Assembly (NCBI GenBank): GCA_016783455.1
Contig: JADHWN010000001.1
Span: 41,930 to 105,929, forward strand
Origin: Candidatus Bathyarchaeota archaeon
GTDB lineage: Archaea > Thermoproteota > Bathyarchaeia > TCS64
Direction: 5' to 3'
DNA length: 64,000 bases
Below the pieces are notes generated by a model. That model ran no database searches, was not told the DNA's origin, and saw nothing but the letters and a program-made list of their open reading frames with translations. The translations under genes and the position numbers were made by a program. Positions within the stretch are counted from its first letter, which is position 1. Each line of letters starts with the position of its first letter. Positions 1-9,733 of the stretch are shown one piece after another.

Positions 1-449
1 GGGACCACCAGCTGGTCGAAGGCACGGTCAACCCGGTCGTAGTAGTTGAGGCCGACGACGTGGAGCCTCTCGTCCTTGTAGGTCATCTCTCCGTCGTCGA
101 AGGCATGGAGGTATTCAGCGAGGGGGTGCTTGATGTAGTCGAGGGTGTCGCTCTGGGGCCTGCCGTCATGGTTCCCCCGGATGACGAGGACCCTGGGCTG
201 TTTACCGTGCCTCTCTTCTGTTTCCTTGGCTAGCCTGTAGAGCTCGTCGTGGGCGAACTGGACAAGGTACGGGCGGAGGGTCCTACGCTCGAAGAGGTCG
301 CCGCAGAGGAAGACGTAGTCGACGCCTGCCTCTATGATCGCGTCCACTGCCTTGGTGAATGCGTTGGAGAAGGCCTTGCGCCTGTGCTCGGCTATGGCGA
401 GGGGGATGCTGCGGCCGATATGGGCATCGGCGAGGACGGCGAACCTCAA
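1..449 (-). CDS. mre11: Mre11/SbcD-family calcineurin-like metallophosphoesterase (DNA double-strand-break repair nuclease). N-terminal ~150 aa only; the gene runs off the window start.
   Basis: Minus-strand translation from a TTG start gives MRFAVLADAHIG...GVDYVFLCGDLFE...VLVIRGNHDG. These are the phosphoesterase motifs I (D-x-H), II (GDLFD-like) and III (GNHD). No stop is reached before position 1. The ORF is absent from the supplied track because it is open-ended. Confidence 0.65.
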   Translation of the reverse strand, partial: MRFAVLADAHIGRSIPLAIAEHRRKAFSNAFTKAVDAIIEAGVDYVFLCGDLFERRTLRPYLVQFAHDELYRLAKETEERHGKQPRVLVIRGNHDGRPQSDTLDYIKHPLAEYLHAFDDGEMTYKDERLHVVGLNYYDRVDRAFDQLVV

Positions 450-634
450 CTGCTCACCTATTTTGTATTAACTACGATTGACATCCTTCTTATCCGTTGT
501 CTTAAGGGGCTGCCTCTTCAGGTCAGAGCCCGTTGACATGGATACTCTCAGCGAGAGAGGTCGCATGAAGGGCTATCGAAATCTCCCAAGAAATACATAG
601 TACAAGCAGCCAAACTAACCAACATAGGTGCATA

Positions 635-1576
635 GTGTTGTCTGAACCAACCATGCCGACCCACCACGGCATCGAAGCTAAAGTGAATGGAGACTACCCC
701 AACGAGACGCTGCGGATCCTCCACCAGAGGGGAAGCTGCCGCCACTTCAAAGACGAGAAGATACCCGAGGAGGTGCTGGAGCTCCTCCTTGGAGCGGCGG
801 TGAACGCCCCCAGCGGTGGCAACCTCCAGAGCTTCAACATAGTCAAGATCGAAGACCCCGAGCGCCGGGAGAAGCTGATGAAGATCTGCGGCAACCAGAG
901 GTTCATCGGGGAGGCACCCCTCAACCTCGTCATCTGCCTCGACCAACGTCGGAGCATGAGGTGGGCGAAGCTCGACTATGCCCCATTCACCGGCATGGCC
1001 CAGATCAGGTCCTTCCTGATGGGCATCCAGCTGACAGGCATCGTGGGCCAAGCGATCTGCGTGGCAGCTGACGCCTTAGGCCTCGGCTCCTGCTACGTCG
1101 GTACGGCCCTAGCGAATGCGGGGGAGGTCTCGGAGTTCCTTGAGCTGCCCCAGGGAGTCTTCCCTGGAGTGCTCATCAGCATCGGTTACCCCGCAGAGGA
1201 GATATCCACGAGGAAGAAGCACCGGCTGAACACCCTCCTCCACCAGGAGAGGCACCGTGACCTCCCCGACGAGGAGCTCCTCGCCGCGTACAAGGAGAAG
1301 CACGAGGCGGCATGGGCCCCCCGGGTCGAGATAACGGAGAGACGGCTCCAGAGGCTCTACGAGACCTGCCTCAGGGTCCACGGAGAGGAGTTCGCTGAAC
1401 GTAGCGTAGCACATGCACGGGAGCTAGGATATATAAGCCCCGTTCAGAGGTACTTTGGCCTCCACTACCGAGCCGACTCTGTCTTCACCTCCCCCAATTC
1501 GGAGTTCTTAGAGATCATCAAGGGGCAGAGCTGGAACATCTGCGGGGACTATAAGCCACCTATGAAACACGAATAA
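635..1576 (+). CDS. Nitroreductase-family flavoprotein with a C-terminal extension.
   Basis: 313 aa ORF with a GTG start. The nitroreductase fold shows in RGSCRHFKDEKIPEEVLELLLGAAVNAPSGGNLQSFNIVKIED and SCYVGTA. The alternative ATG at 653 is equally plausible. Confidence 0.75.
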   Translation: MLSEPTMPTHHGIEAKVNGDYPNETLRILHQRGSCRHFKDEKIPEEVLELLLGAAVNAPSGGNLQSFNIVKIEDPERREKLMKICGNQRFIGEAPLNLVICLDQRRSMRWAKLDYAPFTGMAQIRSFLMGIQLTGIVGQAICVAADALGLGSCYVGTALANAGEVSEFLELPQGVFPGVLISIGYPAEEISTRKKHRLNTLLHQERHRDLPDEELLAAYKEKHEAAWAPRVEITERRLQRLYETCLRVHGEEFAERSVAHARELGYISPVQRYFGLHYRADSVFTSPNSEFLEIIKGQSWNICGDYKPPMKHE

Positions 1577-1685
1577 CCTCTACGAGTGGGCTAACCCCTT
1601 ACGAGAGACTCGTTCAGGACAGAGGCGTTGTCACATACCGGGTAAGCGATATATAGACAGTTCCCAAAGGAATACTGAACAGAAA

Positions 1686-3287
1686 ATGGTCGACCAAGGA
1701 TTCAGGATCCCCACCAAGAAAAGCCTCGTCGTGAGAAAGGTCAGAGACGTCACCCAGAAGCAGCGGGAGCGAGCCCAAGCGGCGACTGAGTACAACGTCT
1801 TCTCTTTCCCGGCGGAGCTTCTGGTTGTGGATTACCTGTCGGACTCGGGGACAACGGCCATGACCGACAGGCAGTGGGCGGCGCTGATGTACGGGGATGA
1901 GAGCTACGGGAGGAACACCGGCTACTTCGTCCTCTTGGAGGCGTTCAGGGACATCTTCGAGAGGGGTGACGCCCGGAGGAAGACTGTGGACCTGATCCTG
2001 AGAAACGAGAGAGACGTCGACAAGCTCATGGACGAGCTCCTTCTGGTGGATGTCGAGGGGGGGTTCGTGAACGGTGGCAGGTTCCAGCTCATGAGGCCAA
2101 ACGCATTCATCGTGCCCCAGGGCAGGTGTGCTGAGCACCTGCTCTTCACCACCCTCAGGAAGGTCTTGACGGAGCACTTCCCCGGATCGGAGTACTGGAT
2201 CCCGAGCAACGGGCACTTCGACACCACCGAGGCCAACATCCACAGCAACGACATCCACCCCGTCAACCTCTTCTCGGGGGACATTTTCAGCGAGTTTCCC
2301 GTCGAGGAGATACGAGACGTGAACCCCTTCAAGGGGGATATGGACATCAGGAGGCTCGTAAAGCTCATAGATGAGAAGGGAGCGGAGTCGGTTCCCCTGA
2401 TCTACCTGACGATAACCAACAACACGGCCGCCGGTCAGCCCGTCTCCATGAGGAACATGCGCGAGGTCAGGGAGGTGGCCGACAGGTACGGCATCCCCCT
2501 GTTCTTCGACGCATGCAGGTTCGCCGAGAACGCCTACTTCATCAAGGAGTTCGAGGAGGGCTACGAGGGCTCTTCCATACCTGAGATAGTCAGGGAGATG
2601 TTCATCCACTGCGACGGGTTCTCAATCAGCTTCAAGAAGGACGGCCTAGCGAACATGGGGGGAGGCCTCTTCTTCAAGGACAGGGGGGTCTTCCATCGGC
2701 GGTTCTCCGTTGACGCTGACGTAGGGGTGCTCCTCAAGGAGATGCAGATACTCTCCTTCGGGAACGACAGCTACGGCGGCCTCAGCGGCAGGGACATCAT
2801 GGCGCTGACCATCGGCCTCTACGAGGTCGTCGAGGAGGACTACCTCCGGGACAGGATAGAGCAGGTGAGGGACATGGCGGAGAAGCTTGCCCTAAACGGA
2901 GTGCCGGTCGTCCTGCCCCCCGGAGGCCACGCGGTCTACGTTGACATTGACAGGTTCTTCGAGGGCACCGACGTGAGGATCGAAGACTTCGGTGGCGTGG
3001 GGCTAACCCTGGAGTTGATCAGGAGATACGGGATAAGGGGCTGCGAGCTAGGGCCATTCGCCTTCGAGTGGGACAAGAAGACCCCGGAGGAGAGGAAGGG
3101 CATACTGAACTTCGTGAGGTTCGCCGTGCCCAGAAACGTGTACAACGTTGAGCACATCAACTACACTGTCGCAGCGTTGACCGAGCTCCACCGGAACAGG
3201 GAGAGAATACCGAAAGTAGAGATAGTGAGGGGGAAGGAGCTCCGCCTTAGGCACTTCCAGACAGGTCTCAGACCTGTATACAGCTAG
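1686..3287 (+). CDS. Tryptophanase / tyrosine phenol-lyase (beta-eliminating lyase family, PLP-dependent).
   Basis: 533 aa. It aligns along its length with E. coli TnaA as I recall it: DYLSDSGTTAMTD, PVSMRNMREVREVADRYGIPLFFDACRFAENAYFIKE (the PLP-Lys region context) and a C-terminal ...LRHF... end. There is a central insertion of about 60 aa. Trp versus Tyr specificity cannot be called from sequence alone. Confidence 0.85.
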   Translation: MVDQGFRIPTKKSLVVRKVRDVTQKQRERAQAATEYNVFSFPAELLVVDYLSDSGTTAMTDRQWAALMYGDESYGRNTGYFVLLEAFRDIFERGDARRKTVDLILRNERDVDKLMDELLLVDVEGGFVNGGRFQLMRPNAFIVPQGRCAEHLLFTTLRKVLTEHFPGSEYWIPSNGHFDTTEANIHSNDIHPVNLFSGDIFSEFPVEEIRDVNPFKGDMDIRRLVKLIDEKGAESVPLIYLTITNNTAAGQPVSMRNMREVREVADRYGIPLFFDACRFAENAYFIKEFEEGYEGSSIPEIVREMFIHCDGFSISFKKDGLANMGGGLFFKDRGVFHRRFSVDADVGVLLKEMQILSFGNDSYGGLSGRDIMALTIGLYEVVEEDYLRDRIEQVRDMAEKLALNGVPVVLPPGGHAVYVDIDRFFEGTDVRIEDFGGVGLTLELIRRYGIRGCELGPFAFEWDKKTPEERKGILNFVRFAVPRNVYNVEHINYTVAALTELHRNRERIPKVEIVRGKELRLRHFQTGLRPVYS

Positions 3288-3382
3288 CGGACTCATGGAA
3301 GAGGCCTCCCCCCATCTTACACGGCAGATATGGATCCAAGTAAGTGAAGGGTTTAGTGCTTCCTGGCGGTGAGCAAAGCCAC

Positions 3383-3472
3383 TTAGGTCCTCTCGTCGGG
3401 GGACATGTTCTTTGCGTAGACGGCGAGGGCCGTCAGTGATGAGGACAACGCGTGGAGGACGACGCTGTTCAT
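3383..3472 (-). pseudogene. 29-codon relic matching the C-terminus of the threonine-synthase-like PLP enzyme encoded at 6307-7266; a gene remnant.
   Basis: The minus-strand translation MNSVVLHALSSSLTALAVYAKNMSPDERT* parallels ...LVLPASSSSLAALADYAKNRSSGERT... at the C-terminus of the 6307-7266 product. Shared nucleotide motif: ttgcgtagacggcgagggc versus ttgcgtagtcggccagggcggcgaggg. Confidence 0.3.
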
Positions 3473-3534
3473 CACGGGTATCTATTAGAGGGCACTGGTT
3501 ATTGTCGTTTTCATCTAAAAGCGAGGAGTCTCGC

Positions 3535-4770
3535 CTACTCCTCTCGCTTCTCGGGCTCCCTAACCTTGAGGACGGCTAAAAGCGCCCCCACGACGAGCAG
3601 CCCCGCGCTCAAGTAGAAGACGAAGGCCTTAGAGTAGCCCTGGTAGATGGCCCCACCCACGACGGTCCCGGCTCCCCAGATGAGGGACCAGGAGACGCTG
3701 GCTATCGCTGAGAACCGCCCCCGATGCTCCTTGGGGGAATAGTCGTAGAAGACCGCCTCCCAGGCAGGGTCCCCTATGCAGCTCGCCACCGTGATCAGCA
3801 ACCGGGCCACTAGGATACCCGGGTAGCCCCTCGCAACTGCGAAGAGGACGAAGGAGACCGGCCAGAGGAACATGGTCGGCAGTATGAACTTCATCCGCCC
3901 GTGCTTGTCCGAGGCCCTCGCCAGGGGGGGCATCAGAACTATCCTGGCGATCATCACCATCATCGTTGCGGCTCCCCACTGGGAGGCCAGGACGCCCACC
4001 TCCTCCTTCGCGTAGGTGACGAAGTAGGGCTCAGCCACGGCCCAGGCGAATGTGAAGACGAAGTCGATGAGGAGAAATGTCCAGAGCTGGATGGGGAGGT
4101 CCCTGAATGTGGCGACGAAGTCAGATAGGATCTCCCTCGCGGCGTTCCTAGGGTCCTTTTCGACCCCCTTCCCGTTCTCCAGGGTCTCCTCGATGTACCT
4201 GTACCTGAGGAACGAGGCCAGGGTAGCAATCACGAAGGTGAAGATGTAGGCCAATCGCATCACCGGCAGGATGCCCCTGGCGTCTATGAAGAGGCCAATA
4301 GCGTAGGGGGAGAGGAGGCCGAACAGGGAGGGGACAACCCTCCTGAGGGCCATGGAGAGGGCTCGGTTGTCAGGCGTCGTCGAGTCCGCCATGATGGAGA
4401 GGAAGGCCGGATCCCTCAGGCCGGCGAAGAGGGAGTCCAGCGCGAAGGCGACGTAGATGTACCGGTAGTCGGGGGCGTAGGCGAAGAATAGCTGGTTCAT
4501 GGCCAAGAGGAAGCTGAGGGAGTAGAGCATCTTCTTCCGCCCAAGGGCGTCTGCCAGATAACCCCCGAACAGGGAGGGGACTATCCTGATGACGGCTCCG
4601 AGAGCGAAGATGAGGCCGATGTCGATGTACCGGCCTCCTAGCTCCAGCACGTAGAGCGCGTAGAAGGGAAAAGTCATGGATGCGCCGATGTTCCACAGAC
4701 CTGAGCTGAGAAGCAGAACCCCGATGTTACTCCTTATAAATTTCCATCTACCCGCGTGGGCTTCAGGCAT
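3535..4770 (-). CDS. MFS-family transporter.
   Basis: 411 aa with multiple hydrophobic spans. An MFS-like signature appears in LIFALGAVIRIVPSLFGGYLADALGRKKML (G-x3-D-x-x-G-R-[KR]). Confidence 0.8.
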   Translation of the reverse strand: MPEAHAGRWKFIRSNIGVLLLSSGLWNIGASMTFPFYALYVLELGGRYIDIGLIFALGAVIRIVPSLFGGYLADALGRKKMLYSLSFLLAMNQLFFAYAPDYRYIYVAFALDSLFAGLRDPAFLSIMADSTTPDNRALSMALRRVVPSLFGLLSPYAIGLFIDARGILPVMRLAYIFTFVIATLASFLRYRYIEETLENGKGVEKDPRNAAREILSDFVATFRDLPIQLWTFLLIDFVFTFAWAVAEPYFVTYAKEEVGVLASQWGAATMMVMIARIVLMPPLARASDKHGRMKFILPTMFLWPVSFVLFAVARGYPGILVARLLITVASCIGDPAWEAVFYDYSPKEHRGRFSAIASVSWSLIWGAGTVVGGAIYQGYSKAFVFYLSAGLLVVGALLAVLKVREPEKREE

Positions 4771-4914
4771 ACCTCTCAGCTAACATCTATCATCAACGCT
4801 CAGGTTAATGCAATAACGGGAAGGGATCAACAATAAAAATTTACCTGAAAAAAAAAGGCCGCGTGCTAAATATTTATCTTCTAATGTCGAGATGCTTTTA
4901 CGGACCAGATAATA

Positions 4915-6357
4915 ATGTCAGGTGCCAAAGACGGTTATCTCGACGTCGAAGCCTTCTACGACAACGATTCAGTTCTAATCCGGCTCGACGGCAAGGACTA
5001 CCGCATCGAGTACCCCGAGGAGGTCTGGAGCCCCCTCAGGGATGAGGTTAAGGCCTCCATCGTAGACCACCTGGCCTTCCTAGCCACCAACTATCTCCCA
5101 TTAGTCGCCGAGAAGACGGGGGTGAGGTATAACACCCGCCTGCCGATGTTCGACTCCTTCTCCTTCAAGAGCAACGCCATGGACATGCCCTCAAGCGCCG
5201 TCCTCGACTGGAAGAAACCACATGACTATGTAAGGGACTACCTGAACCTCGACTTCGTCTTCAGCCCCGAGAGGCCCATAGTGTGGAGGGAGACCTTCGA
5301 GCCGGAAAACAGGGCGATTATATCCTTCACTTCGGGAAAGGAGAGCCTCCTCACCCTCGCCATCTGCCTCGAGCTCGGGCTGGAGCCCATCCTGATCAAC
5401 ATCGTGGAGCCCTCCAACACTTACGAGAGGGGACATAAAGCCGAGATCCTCGAGAAGATCAACGAGGAGTTCGGCATAGGCTACTACACCGTCCCCAACC
5501 AGGTGGGGCTCTTCCACGACGCCAAGCACATGGGCCTGAGGCCCAGCGCCCTGGGCTGGGGGAACCAGCTAATGTACTACCTCTTCATCTACCTCCCCTT
5601 CATAATCCACCACAGGGCAAAGTACGTCTTCTACGGCAATGAGCACAGTTGCGACTTCGAGGTTGATGGCTCAGAGGGCTTCCGTAACAACTTCTGCTAC
5701 GACCAGAGCAGCCACTGGACCATCCAGCAGGACATCATGCTGCGTACCCTGACTGGAGACTCTGCGAGCGTGGGGAGCCTCGTCGGCCCCCTCAACGAGA
5801 TAGCGGTAGTCAAGTGCCTCCACGAGGGCTACCCGGAGCTGGCGAAGTACCAGATGTCATGCTTCTGCGAGGACGAGGTCACCCGGGAGCACAGGTGGTG
5901 CTGCAACTGCTCGAAGTGCGCCAGGAACTACGCCTTCATCAAGGCCATAGGAGGGGACCCTCAGAGGGTGGGTTTCTGGCTCGACATGTTCAGCGATGAT
6001 TGCATAGGCCTCTACGCGGCCATGGATGGCAAGGAGACATATGGGTTCGACAGGAGCGGCCTCGGGAGGGAGGAGCAGGAGCTGGCGCTCCTCATGGCGT
6101 GCGAGAGGGACCCTGAGAACCCTTTCCTGAGGGAGTTCATGGCGAAGATCGATCTCGGTACCTCAGGCGAGAACCCCGGCGACCCATTGGACGCCTTGTA
6201 TGAGTACTACTTCACGCCCCAGGAGTACCTCGCGATACCCGAAGAGCTGAAGGAGCAGGTGTACGATATCTACAACAGGCTTCTGAAAACCCAGAGTGAG
6301 ACGCCCTCAGAGTCTCCTACCCGTCAAGACGGCCACGAAAGTCCTCTCTCCGGATGA
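4915..6357 (+). CDS. Uncharacterised PP-loop-like / PAPS-reductase-like ATP pyrophosphatase-family protein, paralog A. It has a conserved QueC-like C-terminal Cys cluster.
   Basis: 480 aa. Degenerate PP-loop IISFTSGKESLLTLAI (compare SGGKDS). Cys cluster MSCFCEDEVTREHRWCCNCSKCARNY. It is homologous along its whole length to the 7360-8718 product, with shared N-terminal I/VEYP-E-W and LPL-KTG blocks. Confidence 0.55.
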   Translation: MSGAKDGYLDVEAFYDNDSVLIRLDGKDYRIEYPEEVWSPLRDEVKASIVDHLAFLATNYLPLVAEKTGVRYNTRLPMFDSFSFKSNAMDMPSSAVLDWKKPHDYVRDYLNLDFVFSPERPIVWRETFEPENRAIISFTSGKESLLTLAICLELGLEPILINIVEPSNTYERGHKAEILEKINEEFGIGYYTVPNQVGLFHDAKHMGLRPSALGWGNQLMYYLFIYLPFIIHHRAKYVFYGNEHSCDFEVDGSEGFRNNFCYDQSSHWTIQQDIMLRTLTGDSASVGSLVGPLNEIAVVKCLHEGYPELAKYQMSCFCEDEVTREHRWCCNCSKCARNYAFIKAIGGDPQRVGFWLDMFSDDCIGLYAAMDGKETYGFDRSGLGREEQELALLMACERDPENPFLREFMAKIDLGTSGENPGDPLDALYEYYFTPQEYLAIPEELKEQVYDIYNRLLKTQSETPSESPTRQDGHESPLSG

Positions 6358-7266
6358 CCTGTTTTTTGCGTAGTCGGCCAGGGCGGCGAGGGAGGAGGAC
6401 GACGCCGGGAGGACGAGGAGCCCCTCCTGGTGGGCAAGGATTTCTGAGAAGGCTAGGAGCGTGTCGTCAGGGACATAGGCGGCCCACCCCCGGCTTTCCC
6501 AGAGGGCGTCCAGGGCCTCCTGCCCGTCGAGGCATCGCCAGCTCACCAGGGGCTCGTTGTGCTCGGTCTCAGTGATCTCCGAAGGCTCTAGGTCCCTTAT
6601 CCTTCTCTCTCCATTATGGAAGCAGTCCACGACGGGGTTCCCCCCGGGGGTGCTTGCGGCGACCATGATCGGGACCTTGTCGGTCTCACCTTCGTCTCGG
6701 AGCCTCTTGAAGCCCTGATGGACGCCGGCGAGGGTGGTGCCGTTGCCCACCGGCACGGCGACGACGTCTGGGGCGTACCCCAGCCTCTCGTGGATCTCGT
6801 AGGAGATCGTTGCGTAGGCCTCCATGGAAGCCTTGGTGTTGGCCTCTACACCGGGGTTGGCGTTGAACCACCCGAGCCTCGCCGCCTCTTGCCCAGAGAA
6901 CTCGACCACCTCCTCGTAAGTCCCGGGAGCCCGGTGGATGATCCCCCCCGCATCCTCCATCTCCCTTATTCGGGGAGTGTGGTAGCCTTCCGGGATGTAG
7001 ACATGGGTCTCTATGTCGAATCTCTTCGAGAGGTGGACGAAGGAGGCGCCGAAGTTGCCGCAGGAGGCTATGACGAGTTTGTCGTATCCCCCCTTCCTGG
7101 CGAGGTCCAGGCATGCATAGGAGGCTCTGTCCTTCATTGTGCCAGTGGGATTTCCGCCCTCGAACTTTAGGAAAATTTTACTGAAATCTAGCAATATTTC
7201 GATATTACGTGAACGTGTAAAGATCGTGCCCCCGATGCCGTGCAGTTTTAGATCATCTTTCAACAT
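6307..7266 (-). CDS. Threonine-synthase-like PLP-dependent enzyme (fold-type II, TrpB/ThrC/CysK superfamily).
   Basis: 319 aa. FLKFEGGNPTGTMKDRASYACLDLA is closest to the threonine synthase PLP-lysine motif E-x-NPTGSFKDRG. A glycine-rich loop VPVGNGTTLAG is present. Its 3' end overlaps the 4915-6357 gene convergently by 51 nt. Confidence 0.7.
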   Translation of the reverse strand: MLKDDLKLHGIGGTIFTRSRNIEILLDFSKIFLKFEGGNPTGTMKDRASYACLDLARKGGYDKLVIASCGNFGASFVHLSKRFDIETHVYIPEGYHTPRIREMEDAGGIIHRAPGTYEEVVEFSGQEAARLGWFNANPGVEANTKASMEAYATISYEIHERLGYAPDVVAVPVGNGTTLAGVHQGFKRLRDEGETDKVPIMVAASTPGGNPVVDCFHNGERRIRDLEPSEITETEHNEPLVSWRCLDGQEALDALWESRGWAAYVPDDTLLAFSEILAHQEGLLVLPASSSSLAALADYAKNRSSGERTFVAVLTGRRL

Positions 7267-7359
7267 TTTGATTAACTTTCTCTCGAAGAAGGATAGATAT
7301 TGTTTTTAATCACCAAGTATTTACGCGTTTCGGATCTCAGATCTAAAGGTAATGGTTAA

Positions 7360-8718
7360 GTGAAGAGTCTAGCCATCAAGGCCAGGCAGACGGACAGCGG
7401 CGTGGAGATCCGCTTCCGGGGCTCCAAATACGTCATCGAGTATCCCGACGAAATCTGGAAGGAGTACCCCCGGGAGGCCCGTGACGTTCTATTTGACAAC
7501 CTCGTCTACGCCGAGACCATCCATCTGCCTCTGACCCACAAGACCGGGGAGATAGTCTACGACACTCCTCCCCCCTACTTCCAGACCTATTTTTTCCAGA
7601 ACATGGTCATGGACTTCCCCAGCTGCGCCGACGTGGATGGTACATCGACCGCTGAGCTGCTGAAGGCCTTCATGAACACGACGGTCTCCTTCAGTGAACA
7701 GGAGATAAAGTTCCCCGACCACGTCGAGGAGACCCGGGAGGACTCCTCGGTTGTGAGCATCAGCTTCGGGAAGGACAGCCTCCTCACCTGGGCAGTCTGC
7801 AGGGAGATGGGGATGAACCCCCAGCTCTGCTACGTCGTGGAGCCCCTCCTCACATACGAGGAGAAGCACAAGATGGTCCTCGCCGAGGAGTTCCACAGGG
7901 AGTTCGGGGTCAAGCTCAACAAGATAATCCACTCCGCCGGCAAGCTCCGGGATGGCATAATGCTGGGGCTGGGCAAGACGGAGTTAGGCTGGGGACTACA
8001 GTCCACGGAGTACGCCCTCATGATCCTCCCCGTCGCCCACAGGTACGGGGCCCGGTACATCCTCCTCGGTAACGAGCAGAGCTGCGCCGAGTACTACCAT
8101 GACAAGGAGGGCTTCGTCTGTTACCCCGCCTACGACCAGAGCCACATCTGGACGAAGCAGATCGACTCCATGACCCGGCAGATGACCGGGGGAGGCGTCC
8201 GCTACATGAGCGTCATCGAGCCCCTGAACGACATCGCCGTCGTCTACGCCCTCTACAAGCGGTATCCCGAGGTGGCCAAGTATCACATGTCCTGCTTCGT
8301 GGAGACGGAAGCTGGGAGGGACCACCGCTGGTGTCTCGACTGCTCGGTCTGCAGCAAGATGTACCTCCTCATCGTGGCCTCAGGCTTCGACCCGGCCACT
8401 GTGGGCCTAACCAGGAACATGCTCACCAGGGAGTGCAAGGACTACTACAGCCTCTTCGGCGGCAGCAGCGTCAACACATACGCCCTAACGGGGAGGGGCC
8501 GGGACGAGCAGCTTTTCGGCTTCTACCTCGCCTGGAAGAACGGCGACAGGAGCGACCTGGTCCAGGAGTTCGAGGACCGCTTCCTCGACGAGGCAAGGGA
8601 CAGGGAGGACGAGCTCTATAAGACGTTCTTCGGCCTCCACGAGAGCATAACGATGCCCAAACACATCAACGAGAAGGCGACGAGCATATACAAGGAGGTG
8701 CTTTCAGATCTCCCCTAA
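7360..8718 (+). CDS. Uncharacterised PP-loop-like ATP pyrophosphatase-family protein, paralog B.
   Basis: 452 aa with a GTG start. Better-conserved PP-loop VVSISFGKDSLLTWAVC. Cys cluster MSCFVETEAGRDHRWCLDCSVCSKMY. The stop lies 5 nt before the ATP-grasp start, so the arrangement looks like an operon. Confidence 0.6.
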   Translation: MKSLAIKARQTDSGVEIRFRGSKYVIEYPDEIWKEYPREARDVLFDNLVYAETIHLPLTHKTGEIVYDTPPPYFQTYFFQNMVMDFPSCADVDGTSTAELLKAFMNTTVSFSEQEIKFPDHVEETREDSSVVSISFGKDSLLTWAVCREMGMNPQLCYVVEPLLTYEEKHKMVLAEEFHREFGVKLNKIIHSAGKLRDGIMLGLGKTELGWGLQSTEYALMILPVAHRYGARYILLGNEQSCAEYYHDKEGFVCYPAYDQSHIWTKQIDSMTRQMTGGGVRYMSVIEPLNDIAVVYALYKRYPEVAKYHMSCFVETEAGRDHRWCLDCSVCSKMYLLIVASGFDPATVGLTRNMLTRECKDYYSLFGGSSVNTYALTGRGRDEQLFGFYLAWKNGDRSDLVQEFEDRFLDEARDREDELYKTFFGLHESITMPKHINEKATSIYKEVLSDLP

Positions 8719-8722
8719 ACGA

Positions 8723-9721
8723 ATGAGGGTGGCCTTCTGCTGTAACACCCGTCACGAGGAGGACGAGTTCCAGGTCGAGTACGACCCACCGGACACGATA
8801 GAGAAGGTCAAGAAGGGGATAGAGTACGCGGGCCACGAGTACCTCTTCATCGAGGGCGACGAGACCGCATACGACCGCTTGAGGACGCTGAGGCCCGACA
8901 TGGTGCTCAACAGGGCGGAGGGGATCAGAGGGGAGAGCAGGGAGTCCCATATACCCGCCTTCTGCGAGATGCTGGGCATCCCCTACGTCGGCGCGGGCAT
9001 TATGTCCACGGCCATCTGCCTCGAGAAGCCCACAACCAAGATGATACTAGAGTTCAACGGCGTCAAGACGGCGCCCTTCCAGGTCTTCAACGCCGTCGAC
9101 GACCCCCTGGATTCCGGTGTCGAGCTACCCCTGATACTGAAGCCGAGCCACGAGGGCTCCAGCATGGGGATCAACTGGGACAACGTCGTCTTCGACGAGG
9201 CGGCGCTCAGGGCGAAGCTGGCGGAGATGCTGGAGACCTACAGGCAGCCAATCCTCGGGGAGAGGTACATCGATGGCCGCGAGTTCACCACAGGGCTCCT
9301 GGGCAACTACCTTCCGGGGGAGGAGCCCCGGTTCCTCTCAGTATTGGAGGTGGACTTCTCCAGGTTCCCGGAGGGGCTGGGGAACGTCCTGGGGCAGAAG
9401 GCGAAGACCATCTTCGACACATCAGACCACTACGTCTGCCCGGCGAACATCCCCGAGTCCCTGAGGCTGAGGCTGGAGGAGGCGTCCCTGAAGGCCTTCA
9501 AGGCTCTGGACATAAAGGACTGGGCGCGGTTCGACTGGAGGATGGACGGAGATGGGGAGATCTACTTCCTGGAGGCGAATCCGCTGCCGGGGATCGACGC
9601 GGTCGAGGAGGAGGACGAGTACAGCTTCTACCCCATGATGGCCCTCGCCTCCGACATGACCTATGACGAGATGATAAAGCAGCTGATCGAGGCCGCCTTC
9701 AGGCGGTACGGCATCAAATAG
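8723..9721 (+). CDS. ATP-grasp ligase, D-alanine--D-alanine ligase family.
   Basis: 332 aa. Ddl-like organisation with ILKPSHEGSSMGI (ATP-grasp lysine region) and EIYFLEANPLPG (C-terminal Mg/ATP motif E-x-N). Confidence 0.75.
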   Translation: MRVAFCCNTRHEEDEFQVEYDPPDTIEKVKKGIEYAGHEYLFIEGDETAYDRLRTLRPDMVLNRAEGIRGESRESHIPAFCEMLGIPYVGAGIMSTAICLEKPTTKMILEFNGVKTAPFQVFNAVDDPLDSGVELPLILKPSHEGSSMGINWDNVVFDEAALRAKLAEMLETYRQPILGERYIDGREFTTGLLGNYLPGEEPRFLSVLEVDFSRFPEGLGNVLGQKAKTIFDTSDHYVCPANIPESLRLRLEEASLKAFKALDIKDWARFDWRMDGDGEIYFLEANPLPGIDAVEEEDEYSFYPMMALASDMTYDEMIKQLIEAAFRRYGIK

Positions 9722-9733
9722 AGGGAGTGCAGT

